Origin: Leptospiraceae bacterium
GTDB taxonomy: Bacteria; Spirochaetota; Leptospiria; Leptospirales; Leptonemataceae
DNA: 64,000 bases
Assembly: GCA_040217195.1 (NCBI GenBank)
Contig: JAVJNR010000007.1
Coordinates: 1-64,000, forward strand
Reading direction: 5' to 3'
Shown: positions 18,713 through 29,202 of the stretch, one piece after another
How the letters are laid out: every line of letters begins with the position of its first letter
Numbering within the stretch: the first letter of the stretch is position 1
Made by a program: the position numbers and the translations under genes
Notes under the pieces: generated by a model
Databases searched by the model: none
The model's input: the letters and a program-made list of their open reading frames with translations, nothing else
Told to the model about the DNA's origin: nothing

Positions 18713-19309
18713 ATGCAAAAGATCGACACTCCTCCCGGAGCTCCTCAGGGCGTACCCAGTATGACTGGCAGGGACTGGCATCATTCCAATTGTTATGGCT
18801 GCGGTCCCGAAAATCCCAGAGGCCTGCAGGCAGACTTCCGATTTGATCTAGAACATGGAGAGGTTCGATTCGACTATGAAGGCACTGCGGCCTTCGAAGG
18901 AGCGCCAGGTTACTTTCATGGAGGAGTTCTGGCCACAATCCTGGATGAGGCTCAGGGGGTGCTCTGCTTTCACGTTGGCCATTCGGTAATGACTGAAAAG
19001 CTACATATGAATTATCACAAGGCCACGCCATTAAACTCCACTATCAAGGTTCGAGCCTGGCTAACGGCCGTAAGAAAGCGGCGACTCTACACCAGAGCTG
19101 TAATTTACAATGAGCAAGAAGAAATATATGTGAGCTCCAGCGCCTCCTGGTATGTGCTTCCGGATCGACTGATGCGAAAGATGTTTCAGAATCGATTCTC
19201 CAACGATGAAAGCGAGCGGGTCAGAAGCATCCTGGAAGCAAATCGAAAAAGGGCCAAAGAAATTCGGCGACGAATTCGAAAGACTGCGGATGGCGAGATC
19301 CGAAAATAA
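18713..19309 (+). CDS. PaaI-family thioesterase
   Basis: CYGCGPENPRGL and GAPGYFHGGVLATILDE hot-dog motifs. Confidence 0.88.
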   Translation: MQKIDTPPGAPQGVPSMTGRDWHHSNCYGCGPENPRGLQADFRFDLEHGEVRFDYEGTAAFEGAPGYFHGGVLATILDEAQGVLCFHVGHSVMTEKLHMNYHKATPLNSTIKVRAWLTAVRKRRLYTRAVIYNEQEEIYVSSSASWYVLPDRLMRKMFQNRFSNDESERVRSILEANRKRAKEIRRRIRKTADGEIRK

Positions 19310-19444
19310 AAACAACTGCCAGTGCAGGAGCGAAAATTCTGCATCGAAAATTTCAGTAGAGCCTGGCAGTGGGTCCCGGCCAGGCGCAGGATAACTGGAA
19401 AAGAAACTGTGGAGAACCCTGCGATTAACTTTGGGCCGGAAGGT

Positions 19445-20650
19445 TCATTCGGAGAATAAACATCCTGGCGCGGTACTGCTCAATTTTAGAGCAGAATTGC
19501 CTGCATCTCTGTAGGAGACATAGAGACCGGGGCCGGCTACACTGATCCCGGTGAATTGACCGACATTGGGACCCGCATCCAGAGTCTTTACTTCCCATGT
19601 AGATCCAGCATCCCGGGACCGGGCCACTCTCAATGCCGTATTTGTTGCATCGTAATAGGAAATATAGATATTACTACCATTGGTGGTCATATCTGACTGA
19701 GTTCCTACATTTGCCGATTCATCTATTGTGCCTACAGTCCAGGTATTGCCCAGATCTGATGAACGGGCGAACCGAAGTCTTGTATTTGTAGCATCGTAAT
19801 AAGCAGCCACAAGAGTTTCATTGATAAGAACGAGAGAAGAATATTGACCCACGGTTCCGGTAGACTCAATCAATGTGCTGCTCCAGTTTGCACCTCCATC
19901 CAGGGATCTGCTAAAATAAATGTCACTGTTTGCGGATTCCAAATCCAGAGAAAAGAACCGATTCCCAGAAACAACCAGAGACGGGCTATACCCACGACTC
20001 GGACCTGGAACAGCAACGGATTCCGTCCACGTTAGGCCCTTGTCGTTGGAATAGTAGATAGTCAGATTATTGTTCACTTGAGCTGAAATCCAGATTTCCG
20101 GAGAGCGAACGACCATGTCTGCCGCCGAGCCTGGATCATCCACGATTGAGTTTACTTGAATTTTCCGCCATGTGAGTCCCTGATTTCCAGAATAGGCAAA
20201 CCAAAGATTAGCATTGCTTGCATCGTGATAAGAAATAAACACCTCGTTCTTGTCCGAGAATGTTCGGCTCTGGTATCCCGTATCGGAGCCATCGTCCACT
20301 ATAGTTGTATACCAGGTTAGTCCACCATCGTTTGAACGGGCAAAACGAAGATCCCCGTTTGCATTATCTCCATGGGCAATATTGATTCGCTGGCAGTCAG
20401 CAAATACGGAGGAATCAAATGCAACTGAACCGCCTGGTGCCTCCACCGTCTGGCTTTCGCAGGTTGGACGATAATTACAGCTGGACACCCAGAGAATGGC
20501 CGGCAAGCCACGCTCCGTGCAGCTTAGATCTTCTATGCGACATTTGGAATCAGGGCTACAGGAAAGTTGCAGCAGCAGGGTACACAATGCCAGCCCTGAT
20601 GCGGGCTTCAAAAAAGCCTTACTTCTGTATTTTTTGTTGTTCGTAGTCAT
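19445..20650 (-). CDS. BNR/Asp-box repeat (sialidase-like beta-propeller) lipoprotein
   Basis: Six S.D.G.TW-type boxes (SNDGGLTW, SNDKGLTW, SLDGGANW, SSDLGNTW and others); lipobox QLSC. Confidence 0.85.
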   Translation of the reverse strand: MTTNNKKYRSKAFLKPASGLALCTLLLQLSCSPDSKCRIEDLSCTERGLPAILWVSSCNYRPTCESQTVEAPGGSVAFDSSVFADCQRINIAHGDNANGDLRFARSNDGGLTWYTTIVDDGSDTGYQSRTFSDKNEVFISYHDASNANLWFAYSGNQGLTWRKIQVNSIVDDPGSAADMVVRSPEIWISAQVNNNLTIYYSNDKGLTWTESVAVPGPSRGYSPSLVVSGNRFFSLDLESANSDIYFSRSLDGGANWSSTLIESTGTVGQYSSLVLINETLVAAYYDATNTRLRFARSSDLGNTWTVGTIDESANVGTQSDMTTNGSNIYISYYDATNTALRVARSRDAGSTWEVKTLDAGPNVGQFTGISVAGPGLYVSYRDAGNSALKLSSTAPGCLFSE

Positions 20651-20761
20651 CCGAGACAGGGTCTCCTAATTATTTCGGAACTCCGCTGGATTCGCAAAGT
20701 AAAAAGAAATTGCGCTTTTGAATGTTAGTTGCACTTTATTGGTCAGGAGTTCGGTCATAGA

Positions 20762-21949
20762 ATGATTTTATTCAGAAAGTTTTTCTTTATATGTCTTTGC
20801 CTTGGGGTTATGCCCTTTTCCCTCGTCGCCCAGTCAGTAGATCTGGGATTAATGCAGGCCCAGTACTCCAGACCGGATGTGGTTTTCTTTCCGGACGGCA
20901 AATCCTTTGCTGTAGCCAGCGATAAGATTGTCAGGGTTTACTCACTGCAGGGAAAGGAAATCAGGCAGTACAAGAGCTATCTAAACGTTAAAGGACTGGC
21001 CCTGTCTCCGGACGGTAGTCAGCTGGCCACCGCTGAATCGGATGATGGTGGAAATGTCAATGGCCTGGTCAAAGTAGTGGATGTTAAGACTGGTCGATTG
21101 ATTCGACAGTTTCGCCATCGAGCTGGATACGCGGAATGGCTATCCTTTTCGCCGGATGGACGATACCTGGCCAGTGTTGGAGATGAGCAGGTGGTCTATG
21201 TCTGGGATCTAAAAACAGGAAAACAAAGAGCGCGGCTGGAAGATCATAACTGGGGCAATCTATCCTCAGTGCATTTTAGTCGCGATGGCCAATTCTTATT
21301 CTCCGGCGGACAATACAGAGATCACGAAGCGCTAATCCAGGCAAAGAAGGCAGAAGACAGATACTACAACAAGACTCATACTGTGGATGTGGCCAGGCGT
21401 CTGCAGGAAGAAATCGAAAAATGGTACGATAAATTTAACAAGAGCTGGCGAGTGGGTGAACTATTTGTTTACTCAACAACAAATTGGAAGTTGGTCCGAC
21501 GAATCACGACTCCGGGTGCAGTTCATTCCATTCAAAGCAACCGCAATTCGACAGAGATTACCATCGTAACAAACATGGATCGGCAGGTGGTTCGTGAAGA
21601 AGATGGGTACCTACTACAGGTAAATCCCTCCGACGGTACTTTCAAAGAAATAGATCGATTGCCCTATATGCCAGATGACTTCGCAGGCATGGACTCGGAC
21701 CATCGCTTCTACTACCGCCAGAATTTTCTAGGCTATTCGGTTGCGCCCCGGCGTTATGTGATGAGCACACTGGACGGAGTTTACGTGCTCGATGAGGACC
21801 TGGATGAAGACCATCATTTCAAGATAGACTCAGAAACAATTCAATCACCCGTTCCGGCCGCATTGTCTCCGGATGGCAATACACTTGTCTTGCTCAAATA
21901 CAATCGACAAACTGGAATGGGCCAGGCTGAGATCATACAATTGGACTAA
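20762..21949 (+). CDS. Secreted WD40-repeat protein
   Basis: Signal peptide; FSPDGRYLAS...VYVWD repeats. Confidence 0.85.
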   Translation: MILFRKFFFICLCLGVMPFSLVAQSVDLGLMQAQYSRPDVVFFPDGKSFAVASDKIVRVYSLQGKEIRQYKSYLNVKGLALSPDGSQLATAESDDGGNVNGLVKVVDVKTGRLIRQFRHRAGYAEWLSFSPDGRYLASVGDEQVVYVWDLKTGKQRARLEDHNWGNLSSVHFSRDGQFLFSGGQYRDHEALIQAKKAEDRYYNKTHTVDVARRLQEEIEKWYDKFNKSWRVGELFVYSTTNWKLVRRITTPGAVHSIQSNRNSTEITIVTNMDRQVVREEDGYLLQVNPSDGTFKEIDRLPYMPDDFAGMDSDHRFYYRQNFLGYSVAPRRYVMSTLDGVYVLDEDLDEDHHFKIDSETIQSPVPAALSPDGNTLVLLKYNRQTGMGQAEIIQLD

Positions 21950-22240
21950 TTATTTCAGCGAAACAATCGGAGGGAGACTCCGGTTCAGGCGGTCACTGCG
22001 AATACCAGCGAAACCGAGCACAGAATAAGTACGATCAAAACCCATTCAGCTACAGATCGAAATTGGGCCATACTCTGATTCAAGTCGACCCTGGTTGATC
22101 CCGTGGATCCAGCCGGGGTTGCAGGTTTTTGCAATACTTCGCCAGATTGGAGCCCTCTATCCAGAACAAAGGATTCCGGGAAAGGCCAGGGTAATGAAAA
22201 AAGGGGCTTGCGGTTCCAACAGCAGCCATATAATCCCCCT

Positions 22241-22867
22241 ATGGCTCTTAGAAGATCTGTATTCATCAGCGCATCCGAGGATAGACTGGAACGGTTAATT
22301 GACCAGAGGGTCCAGCCGGGGGCGGATAAAGAACAGATCGACCAGAGAATCTGGGACCTTTTTGGAGAGGAATGGGCTGTTATGTTCACCGATCTTTCCG
22401 GTTTTTCCCGCGGAGTAGAAAAATTCGGCATCATCCACTTTTTGCAAACCATCCATGAATCGGAACGTGTGCTTCTACCAATCGTAGAGGAGAACGATGG
22501 CATTCTATTAAAAGTGGAAGGCGATAGCTTCATGGCCATCTTTCGCAAACCATCCAAAGGTCTTTCTGCAGCAGTGGCTATGCAGCGGGCTCTAGCACAG
22601 TATAACGTTGGTCGCATTCCGGAAGAACAGGTGCTGCTCTGTGTTGGCCTGGGATACGGTCATATGCTTCGCATAGGCGATGCAGATGTATACGGGGCCC
22701 AGGTGAATGCAGCCAGCAAACTGGGCGAAGATATTGCAGAAGCGAAAGAGATTCTGGTTACAAGGGCCGTAAAGGATGCGGCTCAAGACTTCCCGGACAT
22801 TAGCTATGAGCCCATCGATGAAGTTCCTCCAGGAGCCGATCAGGCATTCAGGGTCCTATACGGATGA
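22241..22867 (+). CDS. Class III adenylate/guanylate cyclase domain protein
   Basis: FTDLSGFS, KVEGDS and DVYGAQVNAASKL. Start set at ATG 22241, 6 nt after TATAAT. Confidence 0.88.
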   Translation: MALRRSVFISASEDRLERLIDQRVQPGADKEQIDQRIWDLFGEEWAVMFTDLSGFSRGVEKFGIIHFLQTIHESERVLLPIVEENDGILLKVEGDSFMAIFRKPSKGLSAAVAMQRALAQYNVGRIPEEQVLLCVGLGYGHMLRIGDADVYGAQVNAASKLGEDIAEAKEILVTRAVKDAAQDFPDISYEPIDEVPPGADQAFRVLYG

Positions 22868-22974
22868 TCATCCACTGAAGAAGCGGATTCGCGGATCTAA
22901 ATTCATACGCCAAAATCAGCGCTGCAATTGCGAATCCGATTGACAATGCCAGGGAGCCATACCGCTTTCTTTCC

Positions 22975-23928
22975 ATGATTGCTAAACAGATCGCATTTCT
23001 TTTACTAATAGTTTCATTTCTGGTCCAGCCCGGCTGTGCCGTTACGTCCATTGACTCCACCAGTGAAACTGCAGGAGTTTCTATTTCTATGGATTCAATG
23101 ATGGAGACTCTCAACTCCAATCGCCGCGGGCCAATTAAGTTCACCAGAGTCATCGCAGCAGACTGGCAGGTAGATCGCGGAGGATTGATCAACCTGGATC
23201 ATCCAAAAGCCGAGGAAGCTAACCTGGAGTCCGGGCTGGAACCAATACAGATTTACTTTTATGTTATCGATCATCCGCAGAAGGGACGATTCTTCATCGA
23301 TACAGGTATGGGCTCGGTATTCAAGGGCTCCGCTGAAGATTGGCCAGTATCCGGCATGGTTCAATCAGTCATGAACATGGATTTGCTCAAGATTCATACG
23401 ATTACATCAGACTGGATGCAGGCAAATGGAGGTGCTCCGGACGGTGTATTTCTGACTCACATGCATCTGGATCATATTCTGGGTTCCGGCGACATCGACT
23501 CTGCAACTCCCTTTTATATTGGTCCTCGGGAATCTACAGCCGGTCTATTTTTGAATATGTTCGTTCAGGGTAGTACGGATGATATTCTAGGAGAAAAAAG
23601 GAATCTACGCGAGCTTGATTTTGGCGACTCTGAAGACTCTGCTTCTGAAGATCTGAAGATCCTGGACTTTTTTGGAGACGGTAGCCTGTACGTTCTGCAT
23701 GTGCCAGGACATACTGCTGGTAGCCTGGCTTTCTTAGTTCGCACAACGGATGGTCTGCAAATGGTTGTTGGAGATACATCGCACACCGCCTGGGGCTGGA
23801 AAAACAATGTTCCCCCGGGATCCTTTACCAGCGATCAAGAAATGAATGTCCGAAGTCTAAATGTACTTATTCAAATCGCAAATACTTTGAATGGAATAAA
23901 GGTCCACCTGGGCCACCAGAGCCTTTAA
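22975..23928 (+). CDS. Metallo-beta-lactamase-fold hydrolase (AHL-lactonase-like), probable lipoprotein
   Basis: THMHLDH, PGHTAG, GD and C-terminal GH; signal peptide ending QPGC. Confidence 0.85.
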   Translation: MIAKQIAFLLLIVSFLVQPGCAVTSIDSTSETAGVSISMDSMMETLNSNRRGPIKFTRVIAADWQVDRGGLINLDHPKAEEANLESGLEPIQIYFYVIDHPQKGRFFIDTGMGSVFKGSAEDWPVSGMVQSVMNMDLLKIHTITSDWMQANGGAPDGVFLTHMHLDHILGSGDIDSATPFYIGPRESTAGLFLNMFVQGSTDDILGEKRNLRELDFGDSEDSASEDLKILDFFGDGSLYVLHVPGHTAGSLAFLVRTTDGLQMVVGDTSHTAWGWKNNVPPGSFTSDQEMNVRSLNVLIQIANTLNGIKVHLGHQSL

Positions 23929-24045
23929 GCTACCATGGTCAGGTCAGATCCGGCCTGACCAGAATTCCCCCTTCGCAACAAAGTTGCGCCAGCGCAATGC
24001 CCCCTGGCCAGGGGCGGCTTTCTGGAAATGGAGCTCGAGCTGGAA

Positions 24046-24351
24046 TCAGGCAGGTGGCTGTTCATCCCCGGTTTTTGCGGCAATCCAGTTGTAGAGCAAT
24101 CCCACAACACCGGAAAGAAAAGCTATATCAACGGCTGTATAAACCACATCAAAGATTACTCCAAAGATCTGCTCATGCCAGAGCAAAGCCGGGTCCAGAG
24201 TCGTAAATGGATGGGGATGGATTGAATTGTAGGCCTGCATGAAATAGGAACCAAAGGATACAGACAGGCGCGACCATATGCTCAGCGCCAGCATCACAAG
24301 GCTGGCGGGCAAAGTCGTGGAAATCACCAGTGCTTTAATATTGAATCGCAT
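24046..24351 (-). CDS. Small membrane protein
   Basis: GAGG RBS; two hydrophobic helices around an HPHP motif. Confidence 0.6.
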   Translation of the reverse strand: MRFNIKALVISTTLPASLVMLALSIWSRLSVSFGSYFMQAYNSIHPHPFTTLDPALLWHEQIFGVIFDVVYTAVDIAFLSGVVGLLYNWIAAKTGDEQPPA

Positions 24352-24469
24352 ATTTACCTCTCTTCTTAGTTTCCCTGCAATGATCGCCAGGCGAATGAAC
24401 CGCTTCGGTGGATTATTGACAAAGACCGGCAATGCAGATCTCATCTAATCCAGATGAACAGAAATTCAA

Positions 24470-27343
24470 TCAACGAATCCTACGAAACGCAATCATTGCA
24501 ATATCATCTGCCAGTTCCGTAGGTCCATCTTTCATTACTTTACTGCCAGTGAATGCTTCCAGGTTCGATACCATACTACTCATGATTGTCTCTGGTTTTT
24601 TCTTTCCTGTGGCCTGCAGAATCCGTTCGATTCTACGCGTTCCGAATTGACTTCCATCGTTACTCGCTGCTTCATTTATTCCATCCGTATATTGGAAGAA
24701 CAAATCTCCTTTCTGAATCGAAGTGTTATGCTCATCCAGAATGGATGCGAATACATCATCTTCTTCCAGTCCAAGAGGTAACCCTCCTGCAGGTAAAGTC
24801 TCAACAATGTCCGTTTCATATCTGTAGATCAGCCCTTTGTTGTGCCCGGCAGATGCAAAATGGATCTCATGGCTCTCTTTGTTATAAACACCCAGAAGCA
24901 TTGTAATGAATACATGGGATGGAGTTTCAGCGTACACCCTTTTGTTCAAATCCCTTAGAATCCGTCCGGGGTGCGAAACACCCATCTGAATCATCGAATG
25001 CAGGTGCGATCTCATCATGGCCATAATCATAGCAGGACCGGGGCCATGACCGGTAACATCAGCAATGCAGAATACCAGCGATGAATCGGATGCTTCAATG
25101 AAATCAAAATAGTCCCCGCCAACTCCGGACGAAGCGCGATACAGGTACCCAAAGCTCAGTGTGTCCGTGAATTTTTCAGGCAAACCGGATGGCATTAACT
25201 GGGATTGGATCTGTTCTGCGGCCGAAAGCTCCTGAATCATAGACTCGCGATGCCTTAGATCGGCGGTCATACGATTCAATGTAGTGGCCAGAGTGCCCAG
25301 TTCATCTCTACCTGGATAATGGAATCTGGTTGCCAGGTTTCCGGCCCCCACCAATTCCACGTTTTGAATAATGGATTTAATCCGCCGGACGAAGAATAAA
25401 GAGATAAGCAGAGCCACCAGCATCAATCGTATACCGATGGATAGAGTCATATCTAGTAGTCTGTGTTCTTCCTGCTTCAGAGCTGTATCAATTACAGAAC
25501 GATCCGAGAATATGCGAGTAAAGGCAGCGGTGTTTTCAAACAAAGCCAGTTGGGCCAGCTCCACAGAACCGGTCGTATCGTATTTCCACATCAGATCTTC
25601 CAGAGATCTTCGGGGTCTGACCCATTGTCCGTCGCCTGCCAGGTAAGGTAGATATACATTACCACAGGATGACACCTCGGAACAGGAAGTGCGAATCCAT
25701 AGCCTCATGGCATTCCACTTGTTCTGGCTATTTTCCCGATTTATGCGCGAACCTTCGTAACTGAAGTAAGCCGTGGGATCGTACACGAAGTGCAATACTG
25801 CCTTGTCCAGGAGCATCGAATCCCTTAAATGCAAGAAGGCATCGCCTATTCGATGGGACCGAGGAAAGAATTCCTTGATTGATTCCTCTATGGCGGGTAT
25901 CCGTTTTTGAAGAACCTGTACGGTATTGGTCTCATCCTGGATCTGTTGCTTTACATCGATGATCTTCTGTTCTTTTGATTCAGAAGCACCGTCCTCTGGT
26001 GAATCCTCGCTGGCCGAAGTTTTAGAATTATTAATCGTCTCTAGCTCTGCCTGAAGTTCCTGAATTCTTGCCCGGGAGTCCTCAATGGCATCCAGAATAT
26101 CCTGCTTTCGATTATCAAGATCGACCAGAGATTCCTTATTCAACGACCTGGCAGATTCCTGGGCTTCCCTCAGCGCTTCAGATTTCTCCTGTCGAACCTT
26201 TTCATATTCTGCGTAAAGTGCCCTGTAGTCCTTGTTTCTCATTAAAGCATAGGGCCTGGAGCCTTCCTTATCTCGAATGACTCGTAACTGTGATATTACA
26301 GATTGAAGCTTTGAATTAATTCTGGCTTCCTTTGCGAGATATCTTTTCCAGATTTGCGAATCGACGGAATCCTCTGTGGAAATTATAAGGCGGGCCCGCT
26401 CCGAAATTTCGGGCTTCATGTACAGTGTGCGAGTGGAAATTAGATAGGAGTTCTCATCCGTTGAATAGGTTGCATGGTGCGTATCCGCTGTAGGCTTCTT
26501 TTCATAGTAGGCCTGTCGCACATCGTTCAGAGTGGCCCGAATCTCATCATTGGTTCCAGGCTGAAGTAAATTAATTTCCGGATTACCCAGGCGATTAAGC
26601 CGATTCCTGCGCTGCAAAAGCCCACGGAGGCTTTCGTACAGTGCTCCCCTTCGTTCAGGATCCAGCTCAGGGTCATTTAGTTGCGTTTGAATCCTCTGAA
26701 TATCAAAGTCAATGTCGCGGGCTGGCGAAAGCAACGACGTATCAAAATAGGCCTGAAAGAAAAGGCCAACCGTTTGAATTCTATATCTGGATTCGAGCCC
26801 CTCGAAGGCAGAACGCAAGGTCTGACGATAATCCGTTTGGCCCAGAATTTTCCAATCAAGTGCTCGGCCTACCTGGGTATAGCCCTTGAGCAATTGCTCG
26901 ACCTGCTCTGCATCGCTCTCTGCCATTTTCTTACGCGCCGCAAATGTATAGGCGGCATATTGATGGAGCTGACTGAAACCTGATTCCCCCAGATCTGTAC
27001 CCCTGGAGGAAAGAGCAGTTCTTAACCTAGACTGCAATCGTTCGTATTGCTCCAGATCAAAATGATTCCATTTTCTATCTGTATCATCGCTGCTCGATTT
27101 ATCTATATAGAAGGATCGGATTTCATGGAGTTCTTCCAGGGCAGCGCCATAATATCGAATCTCTTCTGTTTTTCGCTCCACCGGATCAAGTTTACCCTGG
27201 ATCTCCTGCAGCGAGAATTCCATTATCAGATTCTGCTGTTGCTGCAGTGCAAGGAGAAGAACCGTTCCGCCAAGAGTGAGCAGCAGAATGGAAGTAATCA
27301 ATCCAATCTTAAACGTTAGCCCCGGCCTGAAACCGAACTTCAT
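24470..27343 (-). CDS. Membrane HAMP + SpoIIE/PP2C phosphatase (RsbU-like)
   Basis: RDELGTLA (HAMP); VGGDYFD, IADVTGHG, YTDGINEA and DDIAMI; ATGA overlap with the upstream gene. Confidence 0.92.
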   Translation of the reverse strand: MKFGFRPGLTFKIGLITSILLLTLGGTVLLLALQQQQNLIMEFSLQEIQGKLDPVERKTEEIRYYGAALEELHEIRSFYIDKSSSDDTDRKWNHFDLEQYERLQSRLRTALSSRGTDLGESGFSQLHQYAAYTFAARKKMAESDAEQVEQLLKGYTQVGRALDWKILGQTDYRQTLRSAFEGLESRYRIQTVGLFFQAYFDTSLLSPARDIDFDIQRIQTQLNDPELDPERRGALYESLRGLLQRRNRLNRLGNPEINLLQPGTNDEIRATLNDVRQAYYEKKPTADTHHATYSTDENSYLISTRTLYMKPEISERARLIISTEDSVDSQIWKRYLAKEARINSKLQSVISQLRVIRDKEGSRPYALMRNKDYRALYAEYEKVRQEKSEALREAQESARSLNKESLVDLDNRKQDILDAIEDSRARIQELQAELETINNSKTSASEDSPEDGASESKEQKIIDVKQQIQDETNTVQVLQKRIPAIEESIKEFFPRSHRIGDAFLHLRDSMLLDKAVLHFVYDPTAYFSYEGSRINRENSQNKWNAMRLWIRTSCSEVSSCGNVYLPYLAGDGQWVRPRRSLEDLMWKYDTTGSVELAQLALFENTAAFTRIFSDRSVIDTALKQEEHRLLDMTLSIGIRLMLVALLISLFFVRRIKSIIQNVELVGAGNLATRFHYPGRDELGTLATTLNRMTADLRHRESMIQELSAAEQIQSQLMPSGLPEKFTDTLSFGYLYRASSGVGGDYFDFIEASDSSLVFCIADVTGHGPGPAMIMAMMRSHLHSMIQMGVSHPGRILRDLNKRVYAETPSHVFITMLLGVYNKESHEIHFASAGHNKGLIYRYETDIVETLPAGGLPLGLEEDDVFASILDEHNTSIQKGDLFFQYTDGINEAASNDGSQFGTRRIERILQATGKKKPETIMSSMVSNLEAFTGSKVMKDGPTELADDIAMIAFRRIR

Positions 27344-27774
27344 TTTTGTCCCTCCATGGATGGGCACCGCTTCTCCAGGATAAGAAGATTTCCACCGGAG
27401 GGATTGGTTTGGTGCTCTACCTGCATGATGCTTCGCATTAGAAATAATCCGTATCCACCATCGCCTCCAGACTCAGCCAGAGCCTCCGGATCAGGCATTG
27501 GAATTGTGGTTGGATCGAACAATGCTCCATCATCTTTGAGCTCTAGACGGATTCGATCCGGAAGATGAATCATCGTGATTTCCACAAGACCATCGATTTG
27601 AGCATAGGTATGTTCAAATACGTTTACTAGAGCTTCTTCCAGAGCAAGGAAGATTCTGTTCTTATCGATTGCGCGAAATCGATTGCCTAGAAATGCATCC
27701 AGATCTTTGCGCACCTGTTCAAGAGAATGCTCGCTTTTCCGCAAGCGCAGTAACGTATTATCGGAGGAAGTCAA
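27340..27774 (-). CDS. Anti-sigma factor Ser kinase (RsbW-like)
   Basis: LALEEALVNVFEH, DDGALFDP and GGYGLFLM HATPase boxes. Confidence 0.9.
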   Translation of the reverse strand: MTSSDNTLLRLRKSEHSLEQVRKDLDAFLGNRFRAIDKNRIFLALEEALVNVFEHTYAQIDGLVEITMIHLPDRIRLELKDDGALFDPTTIPMPDPEALAESGGDGGYGLFLMRSIMQVEHQTNPSGGNLLILEKRCPSMEGQK

Positions 27775-27778
27775 TATA

Positions 27779-28123
27779 TCAAAAATCCTTTAAGGCTTCA
27801 TCCAGGTTCGGGGAAATAGAAAAAATTCGAGTAAATGACAGAAGCTCAAACACGTCCAGAACCTCCGGAGTAGGACTGGCCAACCGTAGATCGCCATCCG
27901 CTCCTTTAAGTTTCTTCCTGGCTGCTGACAGTGTTCCCAGTCCTGCTGAAGAAATGAACTTTAAATCCTTTAGATCGCAAACTACCTTCTTTTCGCCATC
28001 CGATACTAGCTTGCTCATTGCCTTCTCTAGTCGGGGTGCAGTGTCCGCGTCCAGGGATCCCTGCAGGGAAACCACTACAACGCTACCTTTACGACTAGCT
28101 TTTATTTCCAACGTTTCTGACAT
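27779..28123 (-). CDS. STAS anti-anti-sigma factor (RsbV-like)
   Basis: GSLDADTAP and FISSAGLG phospho-Ser motif. Confidence 0.92.
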   Translation of the reverse strand: MSETLEIKASRKGSVVVVSLQGSLDADTAPRLEKAMSKLVSDGEKKVVCDLKDLKFISSAGLGTLSAARKKLKGADGDLRLASPTPEVLDVFELLSFTRIFSISPNLDEALKDF

Positions 28124-28145
28124 GTTTACTTCCTGATTTTTATGG

Positions 28146-29063
28146 TCACTGACGGGAACGAATTAGCTGCTTCATCATTCCCTTTTCTCGGATCATACTA
28201 TAGAGCTTTCGTTCCAGTCGGTCAATGTCTTTGTGATATAGAGCTTCAGAATCCCCTTCAAAAATAAAGGCATACTTTCGGATTCCCTGAATGGTCTTTT
28301 TTAGATCAGAGGAGGCGATCCCCTTACTGATCCTGTAAAAAAGATCGATTGCCATGAAGTCATGAAGCTCTTTTCGAAAGGTAGGAGACCTTTGCTCCAG
28401 AGCATCAATAAGTTGCTCCACTTGATCCCGGTTGTTTTCTTCTTCATCAGCAAATCGAATCAGGTAGGTTGCTATTAGCTTCCTGCATTGAGCCATATTC
28501 TCTCGCTGGTTCGCTTGCTTAATCTTCTCGAACAGGATTCGCGCATCCTGATTCAGGCGAACTGTATCCGATTTACGTCCCAGGTCTACAGGGCTGAAGG
28601 CCTCTTCGATTTCTTCCGGCGTCATATCTGCCAGTTTGTGCTCAAAATCTTCGGATGCTTTCCTGGAAAGTATGGCCTCAAATTTTCGAAGAGAGGATTC
28701 TATGATTCCAATAAACTCCAGAGTCTCCGGGGCAACGGAAACTGCATGATGCCGGATGCTCATCTCCAGAAAGAAGATGCAGGCATTCCCCACGGCGGAG
28801 GTGCTTTCGGTAAGTGCTTCACCCACGAGACGCTTGCATAGGGGTGCAACGGTATGTACGTGATCCTCTGCCTGCTTATCTATCCTCTCCATCATCTTGT
28901 GGCTGGTTTCTGCGCTGTAATCTCTTTGCCAGGAAGCATAGTGCAGCGGAGAGACCAGGTACTGTTTGAAGTTACTTTTGCCTGACTGAGCCAGAAGCCG
29001 GATCAGTTTTACCAGGGTCTCAGCAGTACTAAGGGCAACCTTTGGTTTGGATGTCTGTTGCAT
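28146..29063 (-). CDS. Hypothetical helical protein
   Basis: Long ORF upstream of the STAS gene on the same strand; start moved to ATG 29063 to avoid overlapping tetR. Confidence 0.65.
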   Translation of the reverse strand: MQQTSKPKVALSTAETLVKLIRLLAQSGKSNFKQYLVSPLHYASWQRDYSAETSHKMMERIDKQAEDHVHTVAPLCKRLVGEALTESTSAVGNACIFFLEMSIRHHAVSVAPETLEFIGIIESSLRKFEAILSRKASEDFEHKLADMTPEEIEEAFSPVDLGRKSDTVRLNQDARILFEKIKQANQRENMAQCRKLIATYLIRFADEEENNRDQVEQLIDALEQRSPTFRKELHDFMAIDLFYRISKGIASSDLKKTIQGIRKYAFIFEGDSEALYHKDIDRLERKLYSMIREKGMMKQLIRSRQ

Positions 29064-29181
29064 GGCTATAGCACTGTATATGACGAGCAGAATAGGAGAA
29101 AAACCATTATATCGCAAGGAATCGGAACTTTGGTAAAGAAAAGTGTATACTCTTCCTATTTTGTCTTGACTAATCGGGCAT

Positions 29182-29201
29182 CGGAATGAATATTCATTCC
29201 G
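29182..29201. promoter_or_regulatory. Putative TetR operator 1
   Basis: Perfect 20-bp palindrome CGGAATGAATATTCATTCCG 1 nt before the tetR ATG, downstream of TTGACT. Confidence 0.8.
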
Positions 29202-29202
29202 T

